The notes beneath the pieces were generated by a model that was not told the origin of the DNA, ran no database searches, and saw only the letters and a program-made list of their open reading frames with translations. 39,943 bases of DNA from NCBI RefSeq assembly GCF_001194135.2, contig NC_068982.1, positions 175,188,036-175,227,978 of the forward strand, written 5' to 3'. Position 1 is the first letter of the stretch. Each line of letters begins with the position of its first letter. The translations under genes were made by a program, and so were the position numbers. Below, one piece after another: positions 23,566-35,546 of the stretch. Origin of the DNA: Octopus bimaculoides (lineage: Eukaryota).

Positions 23566-23759
23566 CCATTTACATCACTAGGCATAAGACAAAAACAAGA
23601 ACATGCAAATACTTCTAAGATACTTCAATGCTACAAAGATAATTTCGAACATCATCTTAATACTAAATTCACACAAACCCGGAAGCAATATTAGGAATTT
23701 CGGATTATCTATCTGATGTGGAGATTCATGCAGAATAACGAAAAGATAAATAGAGAATA

Positions 23760-23915
23760 CTGAGGAGGATGAAAAACCAAAATATCCTGGAATAAATGCC
23801 TTCCATGCTGAAATACTAAAAGCTACAAGAGAGCATGTGGTTGATTTGTTACATATAATATTCAACATAATGTGGAGAACAGAAAAGATATCGTAACACT
23901 GGGCCGTATATGCTG
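23760..23915 (+). mobile_element. RTE-clade LINE fragment (start of RT)
   Basis: KYPGINAFHAEILKATREHVVDLLHIIFNIMWRTEKIS*HW resembles KxPGxDGIxAExLK..W..E..PxDW. Confidence 0.7.
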
Positions 23916-24807
23916 GCAAAACACAAATATATGTGTGTGCGTTTGTGTGTGAGAGACAGAATAAAAATCAGAAAGAAAAAGAAAGCGGTATATTTTTTTG
24001 AGTTTTAGACCTTGTAGAGATGCAATGGCCAACCGTGTATAGTGATTAAACATAAAGGAAAATCTCACTCTCTCTTTCTCTCTCACACAGTCTGTGTGCG
24101 TGTATGTGTGTGTATATATGCGTGTATGGATTTATGTATATACATACATGCATACACACATATATACATACATACGTATATATATATATATATATACGTG
24201 TTTTTATTGGCTAAACTGGCAATATGACCATCCCCAAGTACAACAACATATATATATATATATATATANNNNNNNNNNNNNNNNNNNNNNNNNNNNNNNN
24301 NNNNNNNNNNNNNNNNNNNNNNNNNNNNNNNNNNNNNNNNNNNNNNNNNNNNNNNNNNNNNNNNNNNNNNNNNNNNNNNNNNNNNNNNNNNNNNNNNNNN
24401 NNNNNNNNNNNNNNNNNNNNNNNNNNNNNNNNNNNNNNNNNNNNNNNNNNNNNNNNNNNNNNNNNNNNNNNNNNNNNNNNNNNNNNNNNNNNNNNNNNNN
24501 NNNNNNNNNNNNNNNNNNNNNNNNNNNNNNNNNNNNNNNNNNNNNNNNNNNNNNNNNNNNNNNNNNNNNNNNNNNNNNNNNNNNNNNNNNNNNNNNNNNN
24601 NNNNNNNNNNNNNNNNNNNNNNNNNNNNNNNNNNNNNNNNNNNNNNNNNNNNNNNNNNNNNNNNNNNNNNNNNNNNNNNNNNNNNNNNNNNNNNNNNNNN
24701 NNNNNNNNNNNNNNNNNNNNNNNNNNNNNNNNNNNNNNNNNNNNNNNNNNNNNNNNNNNNNNNNNNNNNNNNNNNNNNNNNNNNNNNNNNNNNNNNNNNN
24801 NNNNNNN

Positions 24808-25039
24808 AGTGTGATAAGGTTGGCCCTTTGAATTACAGGCACAACAGAAACAGGAAGTAAGAGTGAGAGAAAGTTGTGGTGGAAGAGTACAGCAGGGTTC
24901 GCCACCATCCCCTGCCGGAGCCTCGTGGAGCTTTAGGTGTCTTCGCTCAATAAACACTCATAACGCCCGGTCTGGGAATCGAAACCGCGATCCTACGACC
25001 GCGAATCCGCTGCCCTAACCACTGGGCCATTGCGCCTCC
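24808..25039 (-). mobile_element. SINE family B, 3' part lost in the gap
   Basis: Near-identical to about 16105-16340. Confidence 0.92.
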
Positions 25040-25049
25040 TGTATATATG

Positions 25050-25311
25050 TATAAACACACACACACACACACACATATATAAAGAAAGAGAAAGAAGGAG
25101 AGGGAGAAGGAGAGAAAGAACAGAAAAGGAAGCTGATGTGAGGGAGTGGATGTTTATTCCATGTTATGCATATATATGTATGTGTATTATATATTTGTTT
25201 ATATATGTATATATATGTATATATATGTATATACATATATATTTATATATACACACACGCACACATATATTTATATACATATATATGGAGAGAGAAAGAG
25301 AGAAAGAGAGA

Positions 25312-25389
<78 letters not shown>

Positions 25390-25400
25390 GTGAGAGAGAG
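25050..25400. repeat. Compound CA/TA/AG microsatellite
   Basis: Directly visible. Confidence 0.93.
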
Positions 25401-25780
25401 AGTTTTGTAATGCTTAGTCAATTTATAAAACTGACGAAGCACTATGAAAACACGGTCGATTACTGTGTTTGAAGTGTTTACACATATAAGACGGTTGGTT
25501 AATGTTACTGTATAAGTATTCTGTCTCAATCTCTTTTTGTTATTATTCGTTTCAAACTTGTCTTAACGACGTGATCTCGTCAATGAGTATAGAAACTCAT
25601 TGTTGGTAGAAGCAGCCTTTTTTCGCCACCCAAGATTAAAGCAAAGACACGATGCTTTAAGGTTATTACTACGAGTTGGAAAAAAGAATGCAGATTGCTT
25701 TAATGAATGTTTCTTTTTCTTTGCATTTCAATATTGGTATTGTTTGCATACTTTACACGATATGTGCATGCACACATAAT

Positions 25781-26196
25781 AAGGCGGTGAACTGGCTGAA
25801 TCGTTAGCACGCCGGGCGAAATACTTAGCGGTATTTCGTCTACCGCTACGTTCTGAGTTCAAATTCCGCCGAGGTCGACTTTGCCTTCCATCCTTTCGGG
25901 GTCGATAAATTAAGTACCAGTTACGCACTGGGTCGATGTAATCGACTTAATCCGTTCGTCTGTTCTTGTTTGTTCCCTCTATGTTTAGCCCCTTGTGGGC
26001 AATAACGAAATAGGTATTTCGTCTGCCCGCTACGTTCTGAGTTCAAATTCCGCCGAGGTCGACTTTGCCTTTCATCCTTTCGGGGTCGATTAAATAAGTA
26101 CCAGTTACGCACTGGATCGATATAATCGATTTAATCCGTTTGTCTGTCCTTGTTTGTCCCCTCTGTGTGTAGCCCCTTGTGGGTAGTAAAGAAATA
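25781..26196 (+). mobile_element. SINE family C tandem dimer (full monomer plus 5'-truncated monomer from 26013)
   Basis: Junction GAAATA|GGTATTTCGTC. 8-bp TSD-like ACACATAA at 25772-25779 and 26197-26204 encloses both monomers. Confidence 0.9.
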
Positions 26197-26442
26197 ACAC
26201 ATAAATGTGTGTGTGTGTATATATATATATATACATATATGGTGTATATATATGGTGTATATATATGGTGGTGTCATACCGGTCATGATGAAATACCACG
26301 AAGTATAGAAAATATGAAATACCATAAGGAATATAAATAAAACATAAAAAAACAGACAGTGTTGGAACTCTTTTAAACAAAATAATATATTCCTCTATAC
26401 ACAATCATACCAACCCCCCCTTTTTTTGTATTTATTTTTACT

Positions 26443-26493
<51 letters not shown>

Positions 26494-26954
26494 TGTACAC
26501 ATACACACACGTAAATTAGGCCATCTGCTAATGCTGGTATAATTTATGATTGCTTATATGGCAAGAAGACTCTGCTTTTGAGTGTGGAAGGAAGCTGGGT
26601 ACATTTTATCTGAGGAACAGTTAACAAATGTGAAACGGTCTGTCAGGAGACGTCGTTCTTCTCACTTTTCTGCACATTAAAAGCATTAATAGAATATGGT
26701 GTTATTCTTATAATATCCACGACGAAGCCTTCCAATATTTAAACACAGGCATATATGAATGCGCGCGCGAATGTGTGTGTGTGTATGTATACATGTATGT
26801 ATACATGCATGTATGTATGCATGCATGCACACATGTATATGTGTGTGTGAGTATATATGTATATATATATATCATTGTTAACCAGGACGTCAAACATTAA
26901 GGCACGGCAAACATCTCAAGTCATATACAATATTATTACAGGAAGAAATTCAAA

Positions 26955-27010
26955 ATCTTACAGCTGTTTCTGGGATATTCTCGAGTATGGGATATTCTAT
27001 CATCAGAGAC
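26955..27010 (-). ncRNA. Type I hammerhead-like motif with intact core
   Basis: Minus strand: GTCT-CTGATGA-(29 nt)-GAAA-palindromic ACAGCTGT-GUA|AGAT. Stem I is 4 bp including one G-U. Stem II is poorly paired. Confidence 0.6.
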
Positions 27011-27038
27011 AAATTGAGGAAAAAATATAGAAAATGAT

Positions 27039-27462
27039 AATGGTATATATCAATAAATGATAACATAGAGGAAGGAGTAAAAGAATAAGGAGATGGAAAG
27101 AGAGAAGAAAAAAGAGGCATAAAAGTTCATAGTTCAACTTCCCGAAGTCTCTGAAATCAACGTATGAGTCCCTAGGTGCCATCCTGCGTAGATGCATGAG
27201 TTCTGTTATTGAACGTTGATATGTTCGCGTCTTTTTCATGGGATGTCACCTATATAAGGACTTTAACCCACATGGATATACGCAGGGTTGCACCTAAAGA
27301 CTTACACTCATGGATATACACAGGGTTACACCTAAGGACTCATGTTTTGGTTTCTTCGGAAAGTTGAACTATGAACTTTTATGCCTCTTTTTTCTTCTCT
27401 CTTTCCATCGCCATATTCTTTTACTCCTTCCTCTATGTTATCATTTATTGATATATACCATT
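27039..27462. repeat. Long inverted repeat with an internal short tandem repeat
   Basis: 109-bp arms (27039-27147 and 27354-27462) with 3 mismatches, plus diverged inward extension. About 3 copies of CATGGATATAC.CAGGGTT.CACCTAA.GACT at 27236-27340. Confidence 0.93.
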
Positions 27463-28234
27463 CTCATTTCCCATATCCCCCCCNNNNNNNNNNNNNNNNN
27501 NNNNNNNNNNNNNNNNNNNNNNNNNNNNNNNNNNNNNNNNNNNNNNNNNNNNNNNNNNNNNNNNNNNNNNNNNNNNNNNNNNNNNNNNNNNNNNNNNNNN
27601 NNNNNNNNNNNNNNNNNNNNNNNNNNNNNNNNNNNNNNNNNNNNNNNNNNNNNNNNNNNNNNNNNNNNNNNNNNNNNNNNNNNNNNNNNNNNNNNNNNNN
27701 NNNNNNNNNNNNNNNNNNNNNNNNNNNNNNNNNNNNNNNNNNNNNNNNNNNNNNNNNNNNNNNNNNNNNNNNNNNNNNNNNNNNNNNNNNNNNNNNNNNN
27801 NNNNNNNNNNNNNNNNNNNNNNNNNNNNNNNNNNNNNNNNNNNNNNNNNNNNNNNNNNNNNNNNNNNNNNNNNNNNNNNNNNNNNNNNNNNNNNNNNNNN
27901 NNNNNNNNNNNNNNNNNNNNNNNNNNNNNNNNNNNNNNNNNNNNNNNNNNNNNNNNNNNNNNNNNNNNNNNNNNNNNNNNNNNNNNNNNNNNNNNNNNNN
28001 NNNNNNNNNNNNNNNNNNNNNNNNNNNNNNNNNNNNNNNNNNNNNNNNNNNNNNNNNNNNNNNNNNNNNNNNNNNNNNNNNNNNNNNNNNNNNNNNNNNN
28101 NNNNNNNNNNNNNNNNNNNNNNNNNNNNNNNNNNNNNNNNNNNNNNNNNNNNNNNNNNNNNNNNNNNNNNNNNNNNNNNNNNNNNNNNNNNNNNNNNNNN
28201 NNNNNNNNNNNNNNNNNNNNNNNNNNNNNNNNNN

Positions 28235-28280
<46 letters not shown>

Positions 28281-28282
<2 letters not shown>

Positions 28283-28424
28283 TCTGTTTCAGTTTCCCTG
28301 TACTAAATCCAACCACAAGGCTTTGATTGGCCTGTGGCTATAGTAGAAGGCACTTGCCCAAGGTGCAACGCAGTGGGCTGAACCTGCACTCATGTGGTTG
28401 GGAAGCAACCTTATTACCACACGC
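28281..28424 (-). mobile_element. SINE family A head; remainder probably in the microsatellite and gap
   Basis: Reverse complement matches 1126-1281. Confidence 0.82.
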
Positions 28425-28480
28425 ACACACACGCTCGCACACATTCACACATATGTATATGAACAGTAATACAGATGTGC

Positions 28481-28829
28481 TGAGGTTCACAAAGCTGTTT
28501 CAGACACGTTCGTTATTGATGAACTAAAGTGTTACAGCATGTAATAAAAAAAACCGTTGTCTTCAGGTGAGTTTAGAGTAAAATCTAACACTTAGGATAC
28601 CTCACAATAATCGGACACAGTCCAAGTTGACCCTCTCGTGTAGGTTATAGCTAGGTTATTCTCCCAACTATAACGTGGAAAAGAGGGTTAATTTGCACTA
28701 TGTGAGGTATTCTAAGTGTTAAATTTTACTCTAAACTCACCTGATGAAAACCGTCTCTTCTTCCTTGCATAATGTAACACTTTTGTTCATCAATAAAGAA
28801 CACGTCTGAAACAGCTGTAGCGAACCTCA
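28481..28829. mobile_element. About 350-bp palindromic non-autonomous element with a hammerhead-like motif in each arm
   Basis: Arms 28481-28606 and 28701-28829, roughly 80-85% identical by eye, with further inner symmetry. Right arm: CTCAC-CTGATGA(28741)-AAAC..GTCT-GAAA-ACAGCTGT-GUA. Confidence 0.8.
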
Positions 28830-28839
28830 ACCCATCTGT

Positions 28840-29470
28840 GTTATTGGAAATGTGTTTAGCTCTGGAGCCTGTAGTTGACTGTGGAATACGTGCCGTGAGT
28901 GTACCCCTGTGTGACTGTGCGTACGCGTTGCATATTCCTTCATTACTTGGCCTGACAAGTCCGTATTTATTTTAGTAAGTACATAAATGTCAGCACATTA
29001 TTAGTGCTCTAGTGCGCTATCCACGATACAACTTTGGTTCTTTTACTATTTAGATATCTAATTCTGTCGGATCCTACAAATTTTATACATAGATATTTGG
29101 GCATATTTAGATGTGTAGTGGAGTTCATTTACTCGTTCGAAGCTCATGAATCGCTTCATCTCTATTTTGATTTTCTTGTCTTGTATTCGTTCCTTCAACC
29201 AGTTGTGTGCACGTGTGATATGAAGGAATCGTGTATATTATACACATAGGTGTTTTATAGTTAAGGAATACAAACTAAAAACAAGCAAGTACTCAGTGTG
29301 GTGAAGTAGAGTGAAATAAGATTTATTCAAAGCTATATGAGTGAGCTACTTCTCAATTTTTGCGATTCTGCTAAGCATGCATCCAATGAAATCTTCCATA
29401 TGCGCTCTCTTTGTAGCTGAGAATGTTCGACCGAATTTGGACAATGGTAAAGCCACGTCCAAACATAAAA
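28840..29470 (-). mobile_element. Very decayed Penelope-like RT/EN remnant next to the palindrome
   Basis: IWKISLDAC (like WKRFLDDC), CTQLVEGTNTRQ..HELRTS, IYVLT..GTLTARI. Weak and heavily frameshifted. Confidence 0.45.
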
Positions 29471-30344
29471 CAATAATGCTTGTTTAGAATCGGAGTATAT
29501 ACAAAGGTAACCATAAATGTGTATATGAATTATTAGGAATGCAACGAAGTAAATATGTACAAGAAAAGAAAAATTACAATAAAAAGTGGATAAATAGAAT
29601 ATGAAAAGATTATAAGAAAAAGCTAATAGAAGTTCTCAGAAAGAGATAACGGGATGAGGTGAGGACAGAGAATATACGTGTAGTAGATACGAACTAAGGA
29701 AATGGTAGAATATATGCAGATGTAATTGTGGTAATAACAGAATTATAATAATAACATTAATGAGATAAATGGGATAAGCGAGACAGGTTATCTAGATTGG
29801 TACGTGTTTGTACAGTTATAAATTTCTGTGCGAGGTGATTAGGGGTGGTTGGAGACACTATTATTAGAGAAAGATTTCGAATAGCGTTATTAAATTTGAT
29901 AAAGTTTCGCTATAGTCGGCTCAGAGAGCCATAAATTTAATTTCGTTGGGATAGTAGCGGGGCTTGACTTATTTAGAGAAGTTGGCTTGCGTTAAATATG
30001 GTTATTAGAGGAGGGAGGAGGGTGACACATAAACACACACACATATACTTTCATACGTAAGCTCAATATAGTTATACATTAATATGTACACAAATGCTAA
30101 CAGGTTTGAATATTGTAGATACACATAATGGACAAACACACATACACACATACACATTTATATATAAGTAATACAGATACATGCACACATATATTCATAA
30201 TCTTACACAGAAACATGTGTGTATCTCTGTGTGTGTATGTATGTATATATATATATATATATATGTTTACAAAGAAAAGTGGACAGTGACTTGACTTCGA
30301 AGTTTCGGCTTACTAACCGTCATGCAGCCATACTCTCATATATA

Positions 30345-31040
30345 CATGCAGGCATACATACATACATAATACCTACCTACCTACCTACATACATACATCT
30401 ATACATACATACATACATACATGCATACATACATACATACACACATACATACATACATGCATACATACATACATACATGCATACATACATACATACATAC
30501 ATGCATACACACATACATACATGCATACATACATACATACATGCATACATACATGCATACATACATACATACATACACACATACATACATGCATNNNNNN
30601 NNNNNNNNNNNNNNNNNNNNNNNNNNNNNNNNNNNNNNNNNNNNNNNNNNNNNNNNNNNNNNNNNNNNNNNNNNNNNNNNNNNNNNNNNNNNNNNNNNNN
30701 NNNNNNNNNNNNNNNNNNNNNNNNNNNNNNNNNNNNNNNNNNNNNNNNNNNNNNNNNNNNNNNNNNNNNNNNNNNNNNNNNNNNNNCATACATACATACA
30801 TACATACATACATACACACATACATACATGCATACATACATGCATACATACATACATACATACATATATACATACATACATACATACATACATACATGCA
30901 TACATGTATACATACATACATACATACATACATGCATACATGCATACATACATACATACACACATACATACATACACACATGCATACATACATACATACA
31001 TACATACATGCATACATACATACATGCATACATACATACC
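30345..31040. repeat. (CATA)n/(CATG)n tetranucleotide array spanning a gap
   Basis: Directly visible. Confidence 0.97.
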
Positions 31041-31511
31041 AACAGACAGACAAACTGACTGACAGACATACGCAAACATGCACTTATATATACTAATCTA
31101 GTTGCCTCTATGATCGAATAAACGTACACTCCTGCACACTCACAAAAGTGTGTATTACTGTATGCACATAAGCTTAAATGAACGAAAAAAAAAAGCTTTA
31201 AAACCAAACGGATTGTTTACATAATAGTGCATGTACCTTTGGATTGTTATAATCCATCTTTTAAACTGACCACTTTATCCAGGTTTTTCACATATTGAAC
31301 TTTTAGACCCTCTGAATCTTTGCATCAAATATTCTCTGTAATTTCATTGTATATGTATGTATAAGCGCTTGCTGAGGAGTTCGTTGGTAACTCATGGGAT
31401 GTTGTTATCATCGCTTTTTAGCACTATGTTTATGTATTTAATTTTGCTGCCTTTGTTTAACAAGTGCTCCCTGATAGAGGCTATACAACATTCGAAGGTC
31501 GTATGCACCGG

Positions 31512-31647
31512 TATGTATGTATGTATGTATGTATGTATGTATGTATGTATGTATGCGTTTGTATGTGTACGCACGTATGTATGTATATATGTATGTGTGT
31601 GTGTATTGATGTATTATGTCTGTCTATCTGTCTATCTACCTACATAC

Positions 31648-31714
<67 letters not shown>

Positions 31715-31805
31715 CATGTCTGTCTGTCTGTTTGCATGTATGTATGTACAACGCCACGCATGCTTTCCAAGTAAGTTCTATGTATGTATGTATGTATGTA
31801 TGTAT
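31512..31805. repeat. (TATG)n/(TATC)n arrays
   Basis: Directly visible. Confidence 0.95.
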
Positions 31806-32116
31806 GCAAATGCGCGACTGGTGTGTAAGTACGAATATAGTATGTATGTACGCATGGTGCAAGCATATACATGTATGAAAAATGAAAATGTACATACATT
31901 TGCTTATATGTGCATATGTGTGTATATCGTCTTATATGAAAGTACATGTAGGCGCACGCATGACTATGAGTGTATATGCATGCATGCATACATGTATGTA
32001 TGTACGTACGTACGCTCGCTTGTGATGTTAGTTATTTGAAGTCTTCTTGTAAGGAAGAAGCTGGTTTCTGGCAAAGCACAAAGCTCTATGTTGGATCGCA
32101 GATAAGAAAATCAACA

Positions 32117-32765
32117 TTATCTTTTGAACTTGAAAAATGTCTTGCATGTTTTCAATGTTTTGCTTACAGATTGTATTTGTAATGTGCATGTTAGCTAGTT
32201 GATTTCTTTTTCTGAAAACCTTAGCTTTTCCAAATTGCCATTTAGGCATTTACTAACAAAACCAAGTGCACCATTTATTTTTAGTATAAATTGTGAATTT
32301 ATAATCTAGATATAGAACCTGAACGTTTCGAAGCAGTTGTCCACAGCTATCCCCTTTCTCTTTGATTTTCGAAGAGATATTTACATCATCAGGGCAGTTG
32401 ACCTCTATGACTGTACATACATTTTCTTGTGTGTCCCAACAGCAATATTCGGCATGTTATGTTTGCACTTGTTCGAAGTTTTGATGGGAATGCTTGTGTA
32501 TATATTCAATGACAAGGAAATTCTCTATATTTATTCCAGGATTGTCAATTTTTCAGATGGCATTGATTTATTTTTTTGCCCCAAAATGTCATGTCACACA
32601 GGGAGGTGATGACATTTTGGGGCAACTGCTAATCACGTGTATGATGTCTGTCAGAGAAACGACATATTCGGCATTCCGGTTGCATTTTTGAGACCCAAGC
32701 GCTTCACTATCTCTTTTGTTTTTAAGGTATTTTGTAGTAATATCTGGGCCTTGGATTATAAATGT
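32117..32765 (-). mobile_element. 3' end of a non-LTR retrotransposon with CCHC knuckle and restriction-like (REL) endonuclease (R4/Dong/NeSL-like)
   Basis: ITTKYLKNKRD..KC..DIIHVISSCPKMSS; SIPIKTSNKCKHNMPNIAV..CTVIEVNCPDDVNISSKIKEK..GQLLRNVQVLY..GALGFVS..LQIQSVS.T.KTCKTFFKF*. Confidence 0.85.
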
Positions 32766-33066
32766 ATTACCTTTAAAGTATGATATGATTTAGAGGTATG
32801 TATGCGTATGTATATATAAATATGTATATATGGAAATTCATGCATATATATGTGTGTGTGTTTGTGTGTGTGTGTGTCTACATATATATAAAGAGTACAA
32901 ATAAAATTGCATCAAATGACATAATATATTAAGCATATACAATAAATGCTCAAGTTGGCTTACCAGCTAAAACTTCGACCTGAATTGTGACTAAACCAGA
33001 AATTAGTATTGTAGCTGCTTAACAATGAATGACTAAAAGTGGTTCATCAATGTGCGAGTAGATATA

Positions 33067-33541
33067 CAGGTCGTCGTCGACTTACGATCACAATTGGTTC
33101 CGACTGACTGGTCGTAAGTCGATTTGGTCGTAAGTCGATTTGGTCGTAAGTCGGCCTATTGGCCTACATAGCTTTGTTTCATATTTTTATATTCTTAAGG
33201 TAGATTCTCAGGTAAAAGTCACTGACATTGTTCTGTATCATACTATTATACTAGCGTTAGTCAAAAATCTCTGAGTCTCAAGCAGTCGTCTTATAAACAA
33301 ATACGAGGTTGCTTCGATGTCTCCGCGACAGGATAGTCATCCAACACAGTTTGCGATCGATAACCAAACCTTGGTGAAGCGTTTGTTTGCTGATATCATC
33401 CGTAGACGGGTTAATGTCTAAGAAATTAAACCCATTAAATTTCAACTGGACTATTTATTATTGCCGCCGGGAGCTGGCGCGCTAATCGTTGTAAAGATGA
33501 TCGGTCGTTAGTCGGATAGGTCGTAAGTCGATGACGACCTG
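33067..33541. mobile_element. Tigger/pogo-like MITE
   Basis: 21-bp TIRs CAGGTCGTC(G/A)TCGACTTACGA (1 mismatch) with TA TSDs at 33065-33066 and 33542-33543. No transposase ORF. Confidence 0.92.
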
Positions 33542-33703
33542 TATAGTAAAGAGAAAGGAATTAATAAGCAAACAATTGATATCAATTTAGCACATGGAAT
33601 GTATAATTTAAACATAATTGTAGAATTGTCACAATACAAATGTTGGAGTGGAATATATCATATAAATAAGGAAGTAAGGAGGTGTGCAGATAGTCTCTTA
33701 CAC

Positions 33704-33784
33704 CTGTTTCTAGAATAGCAGCACATATGGTGCATTTCTCAGCGAATGAAGAGACGTCTTCCATATAATTGCGGACTGTTTCAT
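33704..33784 (-). CDS. Weak candidate 81-nt exon (phase 1-1)
   Basis: Pyrimidine tract plus AAG acceptor, weak donor CAG|GTGTAA, open frame ETVRNYMEDVSSFAEKCTICAAILET. Confidence 0.2.
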
Positions 33785-33898
33785 CTTCAGAGATGAAGAA
33801 ATGAAGAAGGTCCTTAGTAGAGGACATTAGTAGTTACCAGTTTCACCGTCGAAGAGAGAGAGTAAAGTAGAGTATCAATGAAAGGCTTGTGAGGTAGG

Positions 33899-34279
33899 TT
33901 GTTGGCACTCCGTCGCTTACGACGTCGAGGGTTCCAGTTGATCCGATCAACGGAACAGCATGCTCGTGAAATTATCGTGCAAGTGGCTGAGCACTCCACA
34001 GACACGTGTACCCTTAACGTAGTTCTCGGAGATATTCAGCGTGACACAGTGTGACAAGGCTGACCCTTTGAATTACAGGCACAACAGAAACAGGAAGTAA
34101 GAGTGAGAGAAAGTGGTGGTGGAAGAGTACAGCAGGGTTCACCACCATCCCCTGCCGGAGCCTCGTGGATCTTTAAGTGTTTTCGCTCAATAAACACTCA
34201 CAACGCCCGGTCTGGGAATCGAAACCGTGATCCTATGACTGCGAGTCCGCTGCCCTAACCACTGGGCCATTGCGCCTCC
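33899..34279 (-). mobile_element. SINE family B, full length
   Basis: Near-identical to 15962-16341. 11-bp TSD TGTGAGGTAGG at 33888-33898 and 34286-34296. Confidence 0.93.
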
Positions 34280-34681
34280 ACCATGTGTGAGGTAGGAAGG
34301 AGAATATAAAAGAAAGATAGGATCATAGATGTATGAGAATAGAGACTAAACTGCATAGCAAATGATTGACATATATAAATCAAGAGTTATACATATATAC
34401 ATACATACATACATACATACATACATACATACATACATACATACACACATATATAAAGGAAGGGGGGACGTTAAATTGAGTAGAGAAGGGAGGTTCAGTG
34501 GTAAGGTATAAGGAAGACCATATGTATAATGGCAAAGACCATATTTATATTTACAGTGACATCGTCCAGTATGGGTTGGAATTATCAGATAGCCAAATGG
34601 AGACAGGGTAGCGTTTGGAGTTTGCAAACAAGATAAAGAAAGACTTCTGACAATAGCTGTTTGGCATTGTCATTCAAGCAC

Positions 34682-34719
<38 letters not shown>

Positions 34720-35034
34720 GGGTGGGTGGGTGGACGATTTATAAAAAGTGTTAGGTGGAAGGCTATAAAATAGAGGGTTAATTTTAATAAGGTTATAGAC
34801 GGTGTCGGCTATAAAAATAGTGAAAATGTAAGTCCAGTGTGAGTTAAGAAAATACTAAGTTAAAAATATATTAGAATAAAGTGAAGTATAAAGGACTAAA
34901 ATAAAATAAATTAAGTGAATTAAATAAGGCAAATGTATTAATTAAATTTAACTAGTATTTGAATTAGATAGGTAATATATAAATTATAAGCTACGTGAAG
35001 AATGAAAAATATTACGTAGTCGCTATAGAATTAA

Positions 35035-35466
35035 TACATACACATACATACATACATACATACATACATACACACATACACACACATACACACGCATGCT
35101 TGCATACATACATACATACATACATACATGCATACATACATACATACATACACACATGCATAAAACTTTGATGAGAACTGGTATGTTATAGTCGAAGATT
35201 CTTTTACTGACCTCCATAGTTAGAAACATGAAAGATCACAGAGTACGTATAAAAAAAAACAAAAACAAAATATGTGTGTGTTCGTAAACTCATTAATGAC
35301 GTCATTTTAAGTATTTCATTAATATTTAATATCCGCTATATATAGAAAAACCTCATGTGAGGATCAAGATAATGGGCAATGTATATGTGTATATACAAAT
35401 ATATATATATGTAAAAACATACGTATTCCGAAGTTTCATAATAAAGTATGTGTGTGTGTGTGTGTG

Positions 35467-35546
<80 letters not shown>

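Noticed and set aside
27236-27340. CRISPR-like spaced repeats (also considered for the 39.6-kb array)
   Set aside because: The units are degenerate tandem copies without unique spacers, the context is eukaryotic, and there are no cas genes.
32315-32395. Minus-strand CTGATGA..CGAAACGTT hammerhead-like match
   Set aside because: It lies in the REL coding frame (CPDDVN..LLRNVQ), and stems I and III do not pair in register.
1126-34279. tRNA-like sequences
   Set aside because: All are SINE heads attached to SINE bodies, several with TSDs. No complete cloverleaf tRNA gene was seen.
34350-35030. Possible decayed LINE APE endonuclease on the minus strand (LLSEVFL), with a similar hint at 29700-30030
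   Set aside because: Only one short motif, too degraded to call without a profile search.
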